Below are positions 35,941 through 49,900 of a DNA stretch of 64,000 bases, piece by piece. The position numbers were made by a program, and so were the translations under genes. The stretch is from NCBI GenBank assembly GCA_964016885.1, contig OZ024744.1, positions 117,552,001 through 117,616,000 on the forward strand, read 5' to 3'. Source of the DNA: Eledone cirrhosa (lineage: Eukaryota). Below the pieces are notes generated by a model. It searched no databases. It saw nothing but the letters and a program-made list of their open reading frames with translations, and was not told the origin of the DNA. Every line of letters begins with the position of its first letter. Within the stretch, counting starts at the first letter, position 1.

Positions 35941-35978
<38 letters not shown>

Positions 35979-35990
35979 TCTCTATATATA

Positions 35991-36180
35991 TAATTGTTTC
36001 TACTTTAGGCACAAGGCCAGCAATTATCCAGTGCATTACTGGTACTTTATTTTATCGACCCCGTAAGGATGAAAGGCAAAGTCAACCTCGGCGGGATTTG
36101 AACTCAGATCGTAAAGGGACGTAACTATGCTGGAAAGCATGGCGTCCGACCCTCTACCGATACTGCCAATCCACCGCCCT
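35991..36180 (-). mobile_element. Full-length tRNA-derived SINE
   Basis: 12885 family. A partial copy also lies at 37178-37278. Confidence 0.88.
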
Positions 36181-36216
36181 ATCTCTATATATATAATGTC
36201 TCTCTATATATATATA

Positions 36217-37838
36217 TCTCTATATATATAAAAATCATCAAAATCGGTAGAGAAATGTATAAAACGGAAGATGTCTGTCTGTGTGTGTGTGTATGATTTT
36301 CATGCATTTCTACATTTCTCACCGATTTTGATGATTTTTTTTTCCACTGTGCTCCAAATTTACCAAGGATGGTCAACACGTAATAAATTTTGCCAAAAAT
36401 TTCCTGCTCCTATGAAAAAAAATCGATAAAACTAAATACATGCTGTAACCCTCTCTCTTACACGCTTATTCACTCTGTCTACTACCATCAACAATCTATG
36501 AAACTACATACATGTTGCAACTCTCTCTCTCTCTATATATATATATATATCACACACACACACATATAGATATACATCTAAAGAGAGAGTGTGAGATAGG
36601 TCGTTATACAGAGAGAGGTACAAGATAATCAGATAGAGAGAGAGAGAGAGAGAATGGTGACGAACGCTGCTTCACACACACACACAAACACACATATATA
36701 TAAAGACAGAGAGCGAGAGAGAGAGAGAGAGATCTGCGTTTTCTTTATTGTTCTCCATTCTGTAGAGGAAGAGAGAGAGGGAGGGGGTATGAGAAAAAAG
36801 GGAGAGGGGTTGAGAATGAAAGAAAGTTTAAGCAAAGAATCGCTGCTTTCAACATTAACGGGATCTTCTGAAACTAAAAAATTCAATCTGTGAACGCAGA
36901 ATTAAATATTTCGAGAAACGTTGCAGCTGAAGGAAAACAGGAAGACGATACTTTGATTCGTGAAGACGTTCCCTGGTAATGAACGGAAAAAAAGCGAGGA
37001 TAATACGTCGTTATGTGGACCGAGAAGAACAATTTCATGCAAAGACAAGACCAAGTTTATGGTATAAATGGAGTCGTTAGACTAATATTCTATTTAAAAT
37101 AACCGAATGATTTCCAGCCCCGGAGTTTAAGAATGATGTAAATAAAATTGTAAACGAAAATGACAGGTTATTAAAATAGTTGTTTCTACATTTGGCACAA
37201 GGCCAGTACATTACTGGTACTTTATTTGATCAACCCCCTAAGGATGAAAGGCAAAGTTAACCTCGACGGGATTTTAACTTTGCCTTAAAATAGTAAAAGT
37301 AAATAGTGAAGATTTAGGTCAGTACATACGTATGCACCGACGGACATACACATACTTATACAGACACACACACATACACACACACATGCACGCACACGAG
37401 CGTGTGTAAACCTTATGCATTTCGACAGTATTTTCACCAAACTTAAGACTTAGGTTACTTATGTACTCCGGATGGTCATGGGCACTTTCATTTTTCCAGA
37501 TATTGATTATAGGGCCTCCCGGCAGATAACCCCCTTTAACCACTTCCTTGGAGTCGACTGAAGCACTGCAGTGCAATGCAACAAAACGTCATAACTTCTG
37601 GAGTTCGCAACCGATTTTCACAAACCTTGACACATGGGCTACGTTTGTCCTACAGATGAATGTGAACTCTCAGAATTGGCACATATTGAGTAGGGGACCC
37701 CTGGGGGCAGGAACCCCCTTTTGGAAAAAGCCAATGATTTTGTAAAAGTATAGTTTTCGAAGCAGCATAGAAGTATTGACATAAATGGTATACATAACTG
37801 CTATTTAATACCCGAGCAACGCCGGGTATCTCTGCTAG
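36217..37838 (+). mobile_element. Non-autonomous Helitron with embedded Penelope pseudo-LTR and SINE fragments
   Basis: 5' A|TCTCTATATATATAAAA plus (GTCT)(GT)n. 3' hairpin ATACCCG-AGCAACGC-CGGGTAT then TCTGCTAG|T. Confidence 0.68.
36824..37150 (-). mobile_element. Pseudo-LTR fragment of the 595-5120 Penelope family
   Basis: Reverse-complement match to ~4635-5096, with only one copy of the internally duplicated unit. Confidence 0.8.
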
Positions 37839-37951
37839 TATATATATATATGTATATATATGTGTGTGTGTGTAGTTGGGTCTTTGTATGTAGGTGTACA
37901 TGTGGGTGTATATATATGTAGCATTGCCTGGATGCTAACACCTATGTGTAT

Positions 37952-40900
37952 GCCTAACACTATTATAATTACTGTTAGTACTACTGTAAGATCTTTAGTA
38001 CCTAGCCTAACACTACTATAATTACTGTTAGTACTACTGTAAGATCTTTAGTACCTAGCCTAACACTACTATAATTACTGTTAGTACTACTGTAAGATCT
38101 TTAGTACCTAGCCTAACACTATTATAATTACTGGTGGTACTACTGTAAGATCTTTAGTACCTAGCCTAACACTACTATAATTACTGGTGGTACTACTGTA
38201 AGATCTTTAGTACCTAGCCTAACACTACTATAATTACTGTTAGAACTACTGTAAGATCTTTAGTACCTAGCCTAACACTACTATAATTACTGTTAGTACT
38301 ACTGTAAGATCTTTAGTACCTAGCCTAACACTATTATAATTACTGGTGGTACTACTGTAAGATCTTTAGTACCTAGCCTAACACTACTATAATTACTGGT
38401 GGTACTACTGTAAGATCTTTAGTACCTAGCCTAACACTACTATAATTACTGGTGGTACTACTGTAAGATCTTTAGTACCTAGCCTAACACTACTATAATT
38501 ACTGGTGGTACTACTGTAAGATCTTTAGTACCTAGCCTAACACTACTATAATTACTGTTAGTACTACTGTAAGATCTTTAGTACCTAGCCTAACACTACT
38601 ATAATTACTGGTGGTACTACTGTAAGATCTTTAGTACCTAGCCTAACACTACTATAATTACTGGTGGTACTACTGTAAGATCTTTAGTACCTAGCCTAAC
38701 ACTACTATAATTACTGTTAGTACTACTGTAAGATCTTTAGTACCTAGCCTAACACTACTATACTTACTGGTGGTACTACTGTAAGATCTTTAGTACCTAG
38801 CCTAACACTACTATAATTACTGTTAGTACTACTGTAAGATCTTTAGTACCTAGCCTAACACTACTATAATTACTGTTAGTACTACTGTAAGATCTTTAGT
38901 ACCTAGCCTAACACTACTATAATTACTGTTAGTACTACTGTAGGATCTTTAGTACTTAGCCTAACACTACTATAATTACTGGTGGTACTACTGTAAGATC
39001 TTTAGTACCTAGCCTAACACTACTATAATTACTGGTGGTACTACTGTAAGATCTTTAGTACCTAGCCTAACACTACTATAATTACTGGTGGTACTACTGT
39101 AAGATCTTTAGTACCTAGCCTAACACTACTATAATTACTGGTGGTACTACTATAAGATCTTTAGTACCTAGCCTAACACTACTATAATTACTGTTAGTAC
39201 TACTGTAAGATCTTTAGTACCTAGCCTAACACTACTATAATTACTGGTGGTACTACTGTATGATCTTTAGTACCTAGCCTAACACTACTATTATTACTGG
39301 TGGTACTACTGTAAGATCTTTAGTACCTAGCCTAACACTACTATAATTACTGGTGGTACTACTGTAAGATCTTTAGTACCTAGCCTAACACTATTATAAT
39401 TACTGGTGGTACTACTGTAAGATCTTTAGTACCTAGTCTAACACTACTATAATTACTGGTGGTACTACTGTAAGATCTTTAGTACCTAGCCTAACACTAC
39501 TATAATTACTGGTGGTACTACTGTAAGATCTTTAGTACCTAGCCTAACACTACTATAATTACTGGTGGTACTACTGTAAGATCTTTAGTACCTAGCCTAA
39601 CACTACTATAATTACTGGTGGTACTACTGTAAGATCTTTAGTACCTAGCCTAACACTACTATAATTACTGGTGGTACTACTCTAAGATCTTTAGTACCTA
39701 GCCTAACACTACTATAATTACTGGTGGTACTACTGTAAGATCTTTAGTACCTAGCCTAACACTACTATAATTACTGGTGGTACTACTGTAAGATCTTTAG
39801 TACCTAGCCTAACACTACTATAATTACTGGTGGTACTACTGTAAGATCTTTAGTATCTAGCCTAACACTACTATAATTACTGTTAGTACTACTGTAAGAT
39901 CTTTAGTACTTAGCCTAACACTACTATAATTACTGGTGGTACTACTGTAAGATCTTTAGTACCTAGCCTAACACTACTATAATTACTGTCAGTACTACTG
40001 TAACATCTTTAGTACCTAGCCTAACACTACTATAATTACTGGTGGTACTACTGTAAGATCTTTAGTACCTAGCCTAACACTACTATAATTACTGGTGGTA
40101 CTACTGTAAGATCTTTAGTACCTAGCCTAACACTACTATAATTACTGGTGGTACTACTGTAAGATCTTTAGTACCTAGCCTAACACTACTATAATTACTG
40201 TTAGTACTACTGTAAGATCTTTAGTACCTAGCCTAACACTACTATAATTACTGGTGGTACTACTGTAAGATCTTTAGTACCTAGCCTAACACTACTATAA
40301 TTACTGGTGGTACTACTGTAAGATCTTTAGTATCTAGCCTAACACTACTATAATTACTGGTGGTATTACTGTAAGATCTTTAGTACCTAGCCTAACACTA
40401 CTATAATTACTGGTGGTACTACTGTAAGATCTTTAGTACCTAGCCTAACACTACTATAATTACTGGTGGTACTACTGTAAGATCTTTAGTATCTAGCCTA
40501 ACACTACTATAATTACTGTTAGTACTACTGTAAGATCTTTAGTACCTAGCCTAACACTACTATAATTACTGGTGGTACTACTGTAAGATCTTTAGTACCT
40601 CGCCTAACACTACTATAATTACTGGTGGTACTACTGTAAGATCTTTAGTACCTAGCCTAACACTATTATAATTACTGATAGTACTACTGTAAGATCTTTA
40701 GTACCTAGCCTAACACTACTATAATTACTGTTAGTACTACTGTAAGATGTTTAGTACCTAGCCTAACACTACTATAATTACTGGTGGTACTACTGTAAGA
40801 TCTTTAGTACCTAGCCTAACACTACTATAATTACTGGTGGTACTACTGTAAGATCTTTAGTACCTAGCCTAACACTACTATAATTACTGGTGGTACTACT

Positions 40901-43900
40901 GTAAGATCTTTAGTACCTAGCCTAACACTACTATAATTACTGTTAGTACTACTGTAAGATCTTTAGTAACTAGCCTAACACTACTATAATTACTGGTAGT
41001 ACTACTGTAAGACCTTTAGTACCTAGCCTAACACTACTATAATTACTGGTGGTACTACTGTAAGATCTTTAGTACCTAGCCTAACACTACTATAATTGCT
41101 GGTGGTACTACTGTAAGATCTTTAGTACCTAGCCTAACACTACTATAATTACTGTTAGTACTACTGTAAGATCTTTAGTACCTAGCCTAACACTACTATA
41201 ATTACTGATAGTACTACTGTAAGATCTTTAGTACCTAGCCTAACACTACTATAATTACTGGTGGTACTACTGTAAGATCTTTAGTACCTAGCCTAACACT
41301 ACTATAATTACTGGTGGTACTACTGTAAGATCTTTAGTACCTAGCCTAACACTACTATAATTACTGTTAGTACTACTGTAAGATCTTTAGTACCTAGCCT
41401 AACACTACTATAATTACTGGTAGTACTACTGTAAGATCTTTAGTACCTAGCCTAACACTATTATAATTACTGGTGGTACTGCTGTAAGATCTTTAGTACC
41501 TAGCCTAACACTACTATAATTACTGGTGGTACTACTGTAAGATCTTTAGTACCTAGCCTAACACTACTATAATTACTGGTGGTACTACTGTAAGATCTTT
41601 AGTACCTAGCCTAACACTACTATAATTACTGGTAGTACTACTGTAAGATCTTTAGTACCTAGCCTAACACTATTATAATTACTGGTGGTACTACTGTAAG
41701 ATCTTTAGTACCTAGCCTAACACTACTATAATTACTGGTGGTACTACTGTAAGATCTTTAGTACCTAGCCTAACACTACTATAATTACTGGTGGTACTAC
41801 TGTAAGATCTTTAGTACCTAGCCTAACACTACTATAATTACTGTTAGTACTACTGTAAGATCTTTAGTACCTAGCCTAACACTACTATAATTACTGGTGG
41901 TACTACTATAAGATCTTTAGTACCTAGCCTAACACTACTATAATTACTGGTGGTACTACTGTAAGATCTTTAGTACCTAGCCTAACACTACTATAATTAC
42001 TGTTAGTACTACTGTAAGATCTTTAGTACCTAGCCTAACACTATTATAATTACTGTTAGTACTACTGTAAGATCTTTAGTACCTAGCCTAACACTACTAT
42101 AATTACTGGTGGTACTACTGTAAGATCTTTAGTACCTAGCCTAACACTACTATAATTACTGTTAGTACTACTGTAAGATCTTTAGTACCTAGCCTAACAT
42201 TATTATAATTACTGTTAGTACTACTGTAAGATCTTTAGTACCTAGCCTAACACTACTATAATTACTGGTGGTACTACTGTAAGATCTTTAGTACCTAGCC
42301 TAACACTACTATAATTACTGGTGGTACTACTGTAAGATCTTTAGTACCTAGCCTAACACTACTATAATTACTGTTAGTACTACTGTAAGATCTTTAGTAC
42401 CTAGCCTAACATTATTATAATTACTGTTAGTACTACTGTAAGATCTTTAGTACCTAGCCTAACACTACTATAATTACTGGTGGTACTACTGTAAGATCTT
42501 TAGTACCTAGCCTAACACTACTATAATTACTGGTGGTACTACTGTAAGATCTTTAGTACCTAGCCTAACACTACTATAATTACTGTTAGTACTACTGTAA
42601 GATCTTTAGTACCTAGCCTAACACTACTATAATTACTGGTAGTACTACTGTAAGATCTTTAGTACCTAGCCTAACACTACTATAATTACTGGTGGTACTA
42701 CTGTAAGATCTTTAGTACCTAGCCTAACACTACTATAATTACTGTTAGTACTACTGTAAGATCTTTAGTACCTAGCCTAACACTACTATAATTACTGGTG
42801 GTACTATTGTAAGATCTTTAGTACCTAGCCTAACACTACTATAATTACTGGTGGTACTACTGTAAGATCTTTAGTACCTAGCCTAACACTACTATAATTA
42901 CTGGTGGTACTACTGTAAGATCTTTAGTACATAGCCTAACACTAATATAATTACTGTTAGTACTACTGTAAGATCTTTAGTACCTAGCCTAACACTACTA
43001 TAATTACTGGTGGTACTACTGTAAGATCTTTAGTACCTAGCCTAACGCTACTATAATTACTGGTGGTACTACTGTAAGATCTTTAGTACCTAGCCTAACA
43101 CTACTATAATTACTGTTAGTACTACTGTAAGATCTTTAGTACCTAGCCTAACACTACTATAATTACTGGTGGTACTACTGTAAGATCTTTAGTACCAAGC
43201 CTAACACTACTATAATTACTGGTGGTACTACTGTAAGATCTTTAGTACCTAGCCTAACACTACTATAATTACTGGTGGTACTACTGTAAGATCTTTAGTA
43301 CCTAGCCTAACACTACTATAATTACTGGTGGTACTACTGTAAGATCTTTAGTACCTAGCCTAACACTACTATAATTACTGTTAGTACTACTGTAAGATCT
43401 TTAGTACCTAGCCTAACACTACTATAATTACTGGTGGTACTACTGTAAGATCTTTAGTACCTAGCCTAACACTACTATAATTACTGGTGGTACTACTGTA
43501 AGATCTTTAGTACCTAGCCTAACACTACTATAATTACTGGTGGTACTACTGTAAGATCTTTAGTACCTAGCCTAACACTACTATAATTACTGTTAGTACT
43601 ACTGTAAGATCTTTAGTACCTAGCCTAACACTACTATAATTACTGGTAGTACTACTGTAAGATCTTTAGTACCTAGCCTAACACTACTATAATTACTGGT
43701 GGTACTACTGTAAGATCTTTAGTATCTAGCCTAATACTACTATAATTACTGTTAGTACTACTGTAAGATCTTTAGTACCTAGCCTAACACTACTATAATT
43801 ACTGTTAGTACTACTGTAAGATCTTTAGTACCTAGTCTAACACTACTATAATTACTGGTGGTACTACTGTAAGATCTTTAGTATCTAGCCTAACACTACT

Positions 43901-46900
43901 ATAATTACTGTTAGTACTACTGTAAGATCTTTAGTACCTAGCCTAACACTACTATAATTACTGGTGGTACTACTGTAAGATCTTTAGTACCTAGCCTAAC
44001 ACTACTATAATTACTGTTAGTACTACTGTAAGATCTTTAGTACCTAGCCTAACACTACTATAATTACTGTTAGTACTACTGTAAGATCTTTAGTACCTAG
44101 CCTAACACTACTATAATTACTGGTGGTACTACTGGAAGATCTTTAGTACCTAGCCTAACACTACTATAATTACTGGTGGTACTACTGTAAGATCTTTAGT
44201 ACCTAGCCTAACACTACTATAATTACTGGTGGTACTACTGTAAGATCTTTAGTACCTAGCCTAACACTACTATAATTACTGGTGGTACTACTGTAAGATC
44301 TTTAGTACCTAGCCTAACACTACTATAATTACTGGTGGTACTACTGTAAGATCTTTAGTACCTAGCCTGACACTACTATAATTACTGGTGGTACTACTGT
44401 AAGATCTTTAGTATCTAGCCTAACACTACTATAATTACTGGTGGTACTACTGTAAGGTCTTTAGTACCTAGCCTAACACTACTATAATTACTGTTAGTAC
44501 TACTGTAAGATCTTTAGTACCTAGCCTAACACTACTATAATTACTGGTGGTACTACTGTAAGATCTTTAGTACCTAGCCTAACACTACTATAATTACTGT
44601 GAGTACTACTGTAAGATCTTTAGTACCTAGCCTAACACTACTATAATTACTGGTGGTACTACTGTAAGATCTTTAGTACCTAGCCTAACACTACTATAAT
44701 TACTGGTGGTACTACTGTAAGATCTTTAGTACCTAGCCTAACACTACTATAATTACTGGTGGTACTACTGTAAGATCTTTAGTACCTAGCCTAACATTAC
44801 TATAATTACTGTTAGTACTACTGTAAGATCTTTAGTACCTAGCCTAACACTACTATAATTACTGGTAGTACTACTGTAAGATCTTTAGTACCTAGCCTAA
44901 CACTACTATAATTACTGGTGGTACTACTGTAAGATCTTTAGTATCTAGCCTAATACTACTATAATTACTGTTAGTACTACTGTAAGATCTTTAGTACCTA
45001 GCCTAACACTACTATAATTACTGTTAGTACTACTGTAAGATCTTTAGTACCTAGTCTAACACTACTATAATTACTGGTGGTACTACTGTAAGATCTTTAG
45101 TATCTAGCCTAACACTACTATAATTACTGTTAGTACTACTGTAAGATCTTTAGTACCTAGCCTAACACTACTATAATTACTGGTGGTACTACTGTAAGAT
45201 CTTTAGTACCTAGTCTAACACTACTATAATTACTGTTAGTACTACTGTAAGAGCTTTAGTACCTAGTCTAACACTACTATAATTACTGTTAGTACTACTG
45301 TAAGATCTTTAGTACCTAGCCTAACACTACTATAATTACTGTTAGTACTAATGTAAGATCTTTAGTACCTAGCCTAACACTACTATAATTACTGTTAGTA
45401 CTACTGTAAGATCTTTAGTACCTAGCCTAACACTATTATAATTACTGGTGGTACTACTGTAAGATCTTTAGTACCTAGCCTAACACTACTATAATTACTG
45501 TGAGTACTACTGTAAGATCTTTAGTACCTAGCCTAACACTACTATAATTACTGGTGGTACTACTGTAAGATCTTTAGTACCTAGCCTAACACTACTATAA
45601 TTACTGGTGGTACTACTGTAAGATCTTTAGTACCTCGCCTAACACTACTATAATTACTGGTGGTACTACTGTAAGATCTTTAGTACCTAGCCTAACACTA
45701 CTATAATTACTGTTAGTACTACTGTAAGATCTTTAGTACCTAGCCTAACACTACTATAATTACTGGTAGTACTACTGTAAGATCTTTAGTACCTAGCCTA
45801 ACACTACTATAATTACTGGTGGTACTACTGTAAGATCTTTAGTATCTAGCCTAATACTACTATAATTACTGTTAGTACTACTGTAAGATCTTTAGTACCT
45901 AGCCTAACACTACTATAATTACTGTTAGTACTACTGTAAGATCTTTAGTACCTAGTCTAACACTACTATAATTACTGGTGGTACTACTGTAAGATCTTTA
46001 GTATCTAGCCTAACACTACTATAATTACTGTTAGTACTACTGTAAGATCTTTAGTACCTAGCCTAACACTACTATAATTACTGGTGGTACTACTGTAAGA
46101 TCTTTAGTACCTAGTCTAACACTACTATAATTACTGTTAGTACTACTGTAAGATCTTTAGTACCTAGCCTAACACTACTATAATTACTGTTAGTACTAAT
46201 GTAAGATCTTTAGTACCTAGCCTAACACTACTATAATTACTGTTAGTACTACTGTAAGATCTTTAGTACCTAGCCTAACACTATTATAATTACTGGTGGT
46301 ACTACTGTAAGATCTTTAGTACCTAGCCTAACACTATTATAATTACTGGTGGTACTACTGTAAGATCTTTAGTACCTAGCCTAACACTACTATAATTACT
46401 GGTGGTACTACTGTAAGATCTTTAGTACCTAGCCTAACACTACTATAATTACTGTTAGTACTACTGTAAGATCTTTAGTACCTAGCCTAACACTACTATA
46501 ATTACTGTTAGTACTAATGTAAGATCTTTAGTACCTAGCCTAACACTACTATAATTACTGTTAGTACTACTGTAAGATCTTTAGTACCTAGCCTAACACT
46601 ATTATAATTACTGGTGGTACTACTGTAAGATCTTTAGTACCTAGCCTAACACTATTATAATTACTGGTGGTACTACTGTAAGATCTTTAGTACCTAGCCT
46701 AACACTACTATAATTACTGGTGGTACTACTGTAAGATCTTTAGTACCTAGCCTAACACTACTATAATTACTGTTAGTACTACTGTAAGATCTTTAGTACC
46801 TAGCCTAACACTACTATAATTACTGTTAGTACTACTGTAAGATCTTTAGTACCTAGCCTAACACTACTATAATTACTGGTGGTACTATTGGAAGATCTTT

Positions 46901-49900
46901 AGTACCTAGCCTAACACTACTATAATTACTGGTGGTACTACTGTAAGATCTTTAGTACCTAGCCTAACACTACTATAATTACTGGTGGTACTACTGTAAG
47001 ATCTTTAGTACCTAGCCTAACACTACTATAATTACTGGTGGTACTACTGTAAGATCTTTAGTACCTAGCCTAACACTACTATAATTACTGGTGGTACTAC
47101 TGTAAGATCTTTAGTACCTAGCCTAACACTACTATAATTACTGGTGGTACTACTGTAAGATCTTTAGTACCTAGCCTAACACTACTATAATAACTGGTGG
47201 TACTACTGTAAGGTCTTTAGTACCTAGCCTAACACTACTATAATTACTGTTAGTACTACTGTAAGATCTTTAGTACCTAGCCTAACACTACTATAATTAC
47301 TGGTGGTACTACTGTAAGATCTTTAGTACCTAGCCTAACACTACTATAATTACTGTTAGTACTACTGTAAGATCTTTAGTACCTAGCCTAACACTACTAT
47401 AATTACTGGTGGTACTACTGTAAGATCTTTAGTACCTAGCCTAACACTACTATAATTACTGGTGGTACTACTGTAAGATCTTTAGTACCTAGCCTAACAC
47501 TACTATAATTACTGGTGGTACTACTGTAAGATCTTTAGTACCTAGCCTAACACTACTATAATTACTGTTAGTACTACTGTAAGATCTTTAGTACCTAGCC
47601 TAACACTACTATAATTACTGGTAGTACTACTGTAAGATCTTTAGTACCTAGCCTAACACTACTATAATTACTGGTGGTACTACTGTAAGATCTTTAGTAC
47701 CTAGCCTAACACTACTATAATTACTGTGAGTACTACTGTAAGATCTTTAGTACCTAGCCTAACACTACTATAATTACTGGTGGTACTACTGTAAGATCTT
47801 TAGTACCTAGCCTAACACTACTATAATTACTGGTGGTACTACTGTAAGATCTTTAGTACCTAGCCTAACACTACTATAATTACTGGTGGTACTACTGTAA
47901 GATCTTTAGTACCTAGCCTAACACTACTATAATTACTGGTGGTACTACTGTAAGATCTTTAGTACCTAGCCTAACACTACTATAATTACTGTGAGTACTA
48001 CTGTAAGATCTTTAGTACCTAGCCTAACACTACTATAATTACTGGTGGTACTACTGTAAGATCTTTAGTACCTAGCCTAACACTACTATAATTACTGGTG
48101 GTACTACTGTAAGATCTTTAGTACCTAGCCTAACACTACTATAATTACTGGTGGTACTACTGTAAGATCTTTAGTACCTAGCCTAACACTACTATAATTA
48201 CTGGTGGTACTACTGTAAGATCTTTAGTACCTAGCCTAACACTACTATAATTACTGTTAGTACTACTGTAAGATCTTTAGTACCTAGCCTAACACTACTA
48301 TAATTACTGGTAGTACTACTGTAAGATCTTTAGTACCTAGCCTAACACTACTATAATTACTGGTGGTACTACTGTAAGATCTTTAGTATCTAGCCTAATA
48401 CTACTATAATTACTGTTAGTACTACTGTAAGATCTTTAGTACCTAGCCTAACACTACTATAATTACTGTTAGTACTACTGTAAGATCTTTAGTACCTAGT
48501 CTAACACTACTATAATTACTGGTGGTACTACTGTAAGATCTTTAGTATCTAGCCTAACACTACTATAATTACTGTTAGTACTACTGTAAGATCTTTAGTA
48601 CCTAGCCTAACACTACTATAATTACTGGTGGTACTACTGTAAGATCTTTAGTACCTAGTCTAACACTACTATAATTACTGTTAGTACTACTGTAAGAGCT
48701 TTAGTACCTAGTCTAACACTACTATAATTACTGTTAGTACTACTGTAAGATCTTTAGTACCTAGCCTAACACTACTATAATTACTGTTAGTACTAATGTA
48801 AGATCTTTAGTACCTAGCCTAACACTACTATAATTACTGTTAGTACTACTGTAAGATCTTTAGTACCTAGCCTAACACTATTATAATTACTGGTGGTACT
48901 ACTGTAAGATCTTTAGTACCTAGCCTAACACTACTATAATTACTGTGAGTACTACTGTAAGATCTTTAGTACCTAGCCTAACACTACTATAATTACTGGT
49001 GGTACTACTGTAAGATCTTTAGTACCTAGCCTAACACTACTATAATTACTGGTGGTACTACTGTAAGATCTTTAGTACCTCGCCTAACACTACTATAATT
49101 ACTGGTGGTACTACTGTAAGATCTTTAGTACCTAGCCTAACACTACTATAATTACTGTTAGTACTACTGTAAGATCTTTAGTACCTAGCATAACACTACT
49201 ATAATTACTGGTAGTACTACTGTAAGATCTTTAGTACCTAGCCTAACACTACTATAATTACTGGTGGTACTACTGTAAGATCTTTAGTATCTAGCCTAAT
49301 ACTACTATAATTACTGTTAGTACTACTGTAAGATCTTTAGTACCTAGCCTAACACTACTATAATTACTGGTGGTACTACTGTAAGATCTTTAGTACCTAG
49401 CCTAACACTACTATAATTACTGGTGGTACTACTGTAAGATCTTTAGTACCTAGCCTAACACTACTATAATTACTGTTAGTACTACTGTAAGATCTTTAGT
49501 ACCTAGCCTAACACTACTATAATTACTGTTAGTACTAATGTAAGATCTTTAGTACCTAGCCTAACACTACTATAATTACTGTTAGTACTACTGTAAGATC
49601 TTTAGTACCTAGCCTAACACTATTATAATTACTGGTGGTACTACTGTAAGATCTTTAGTACCTAGCCTAACACTATTATAATTACTGGTGGTACTACTGT
49701 AAGATCTTTAGTACCTAGCCTAACACTACTATAATTACTGGTGGTACTACTGTAAGATCTTTAGTACCTAGCCTAACACTACTATAATTACTGTTAGTAC
49801 TACTGTAAGATCTTTAGTACCTAGCCTAACACTACTATAATTACTGTTAGTACTACTGTAAGATCTTTAGTACCTAGCCTAACACTACTATAATTACTGG

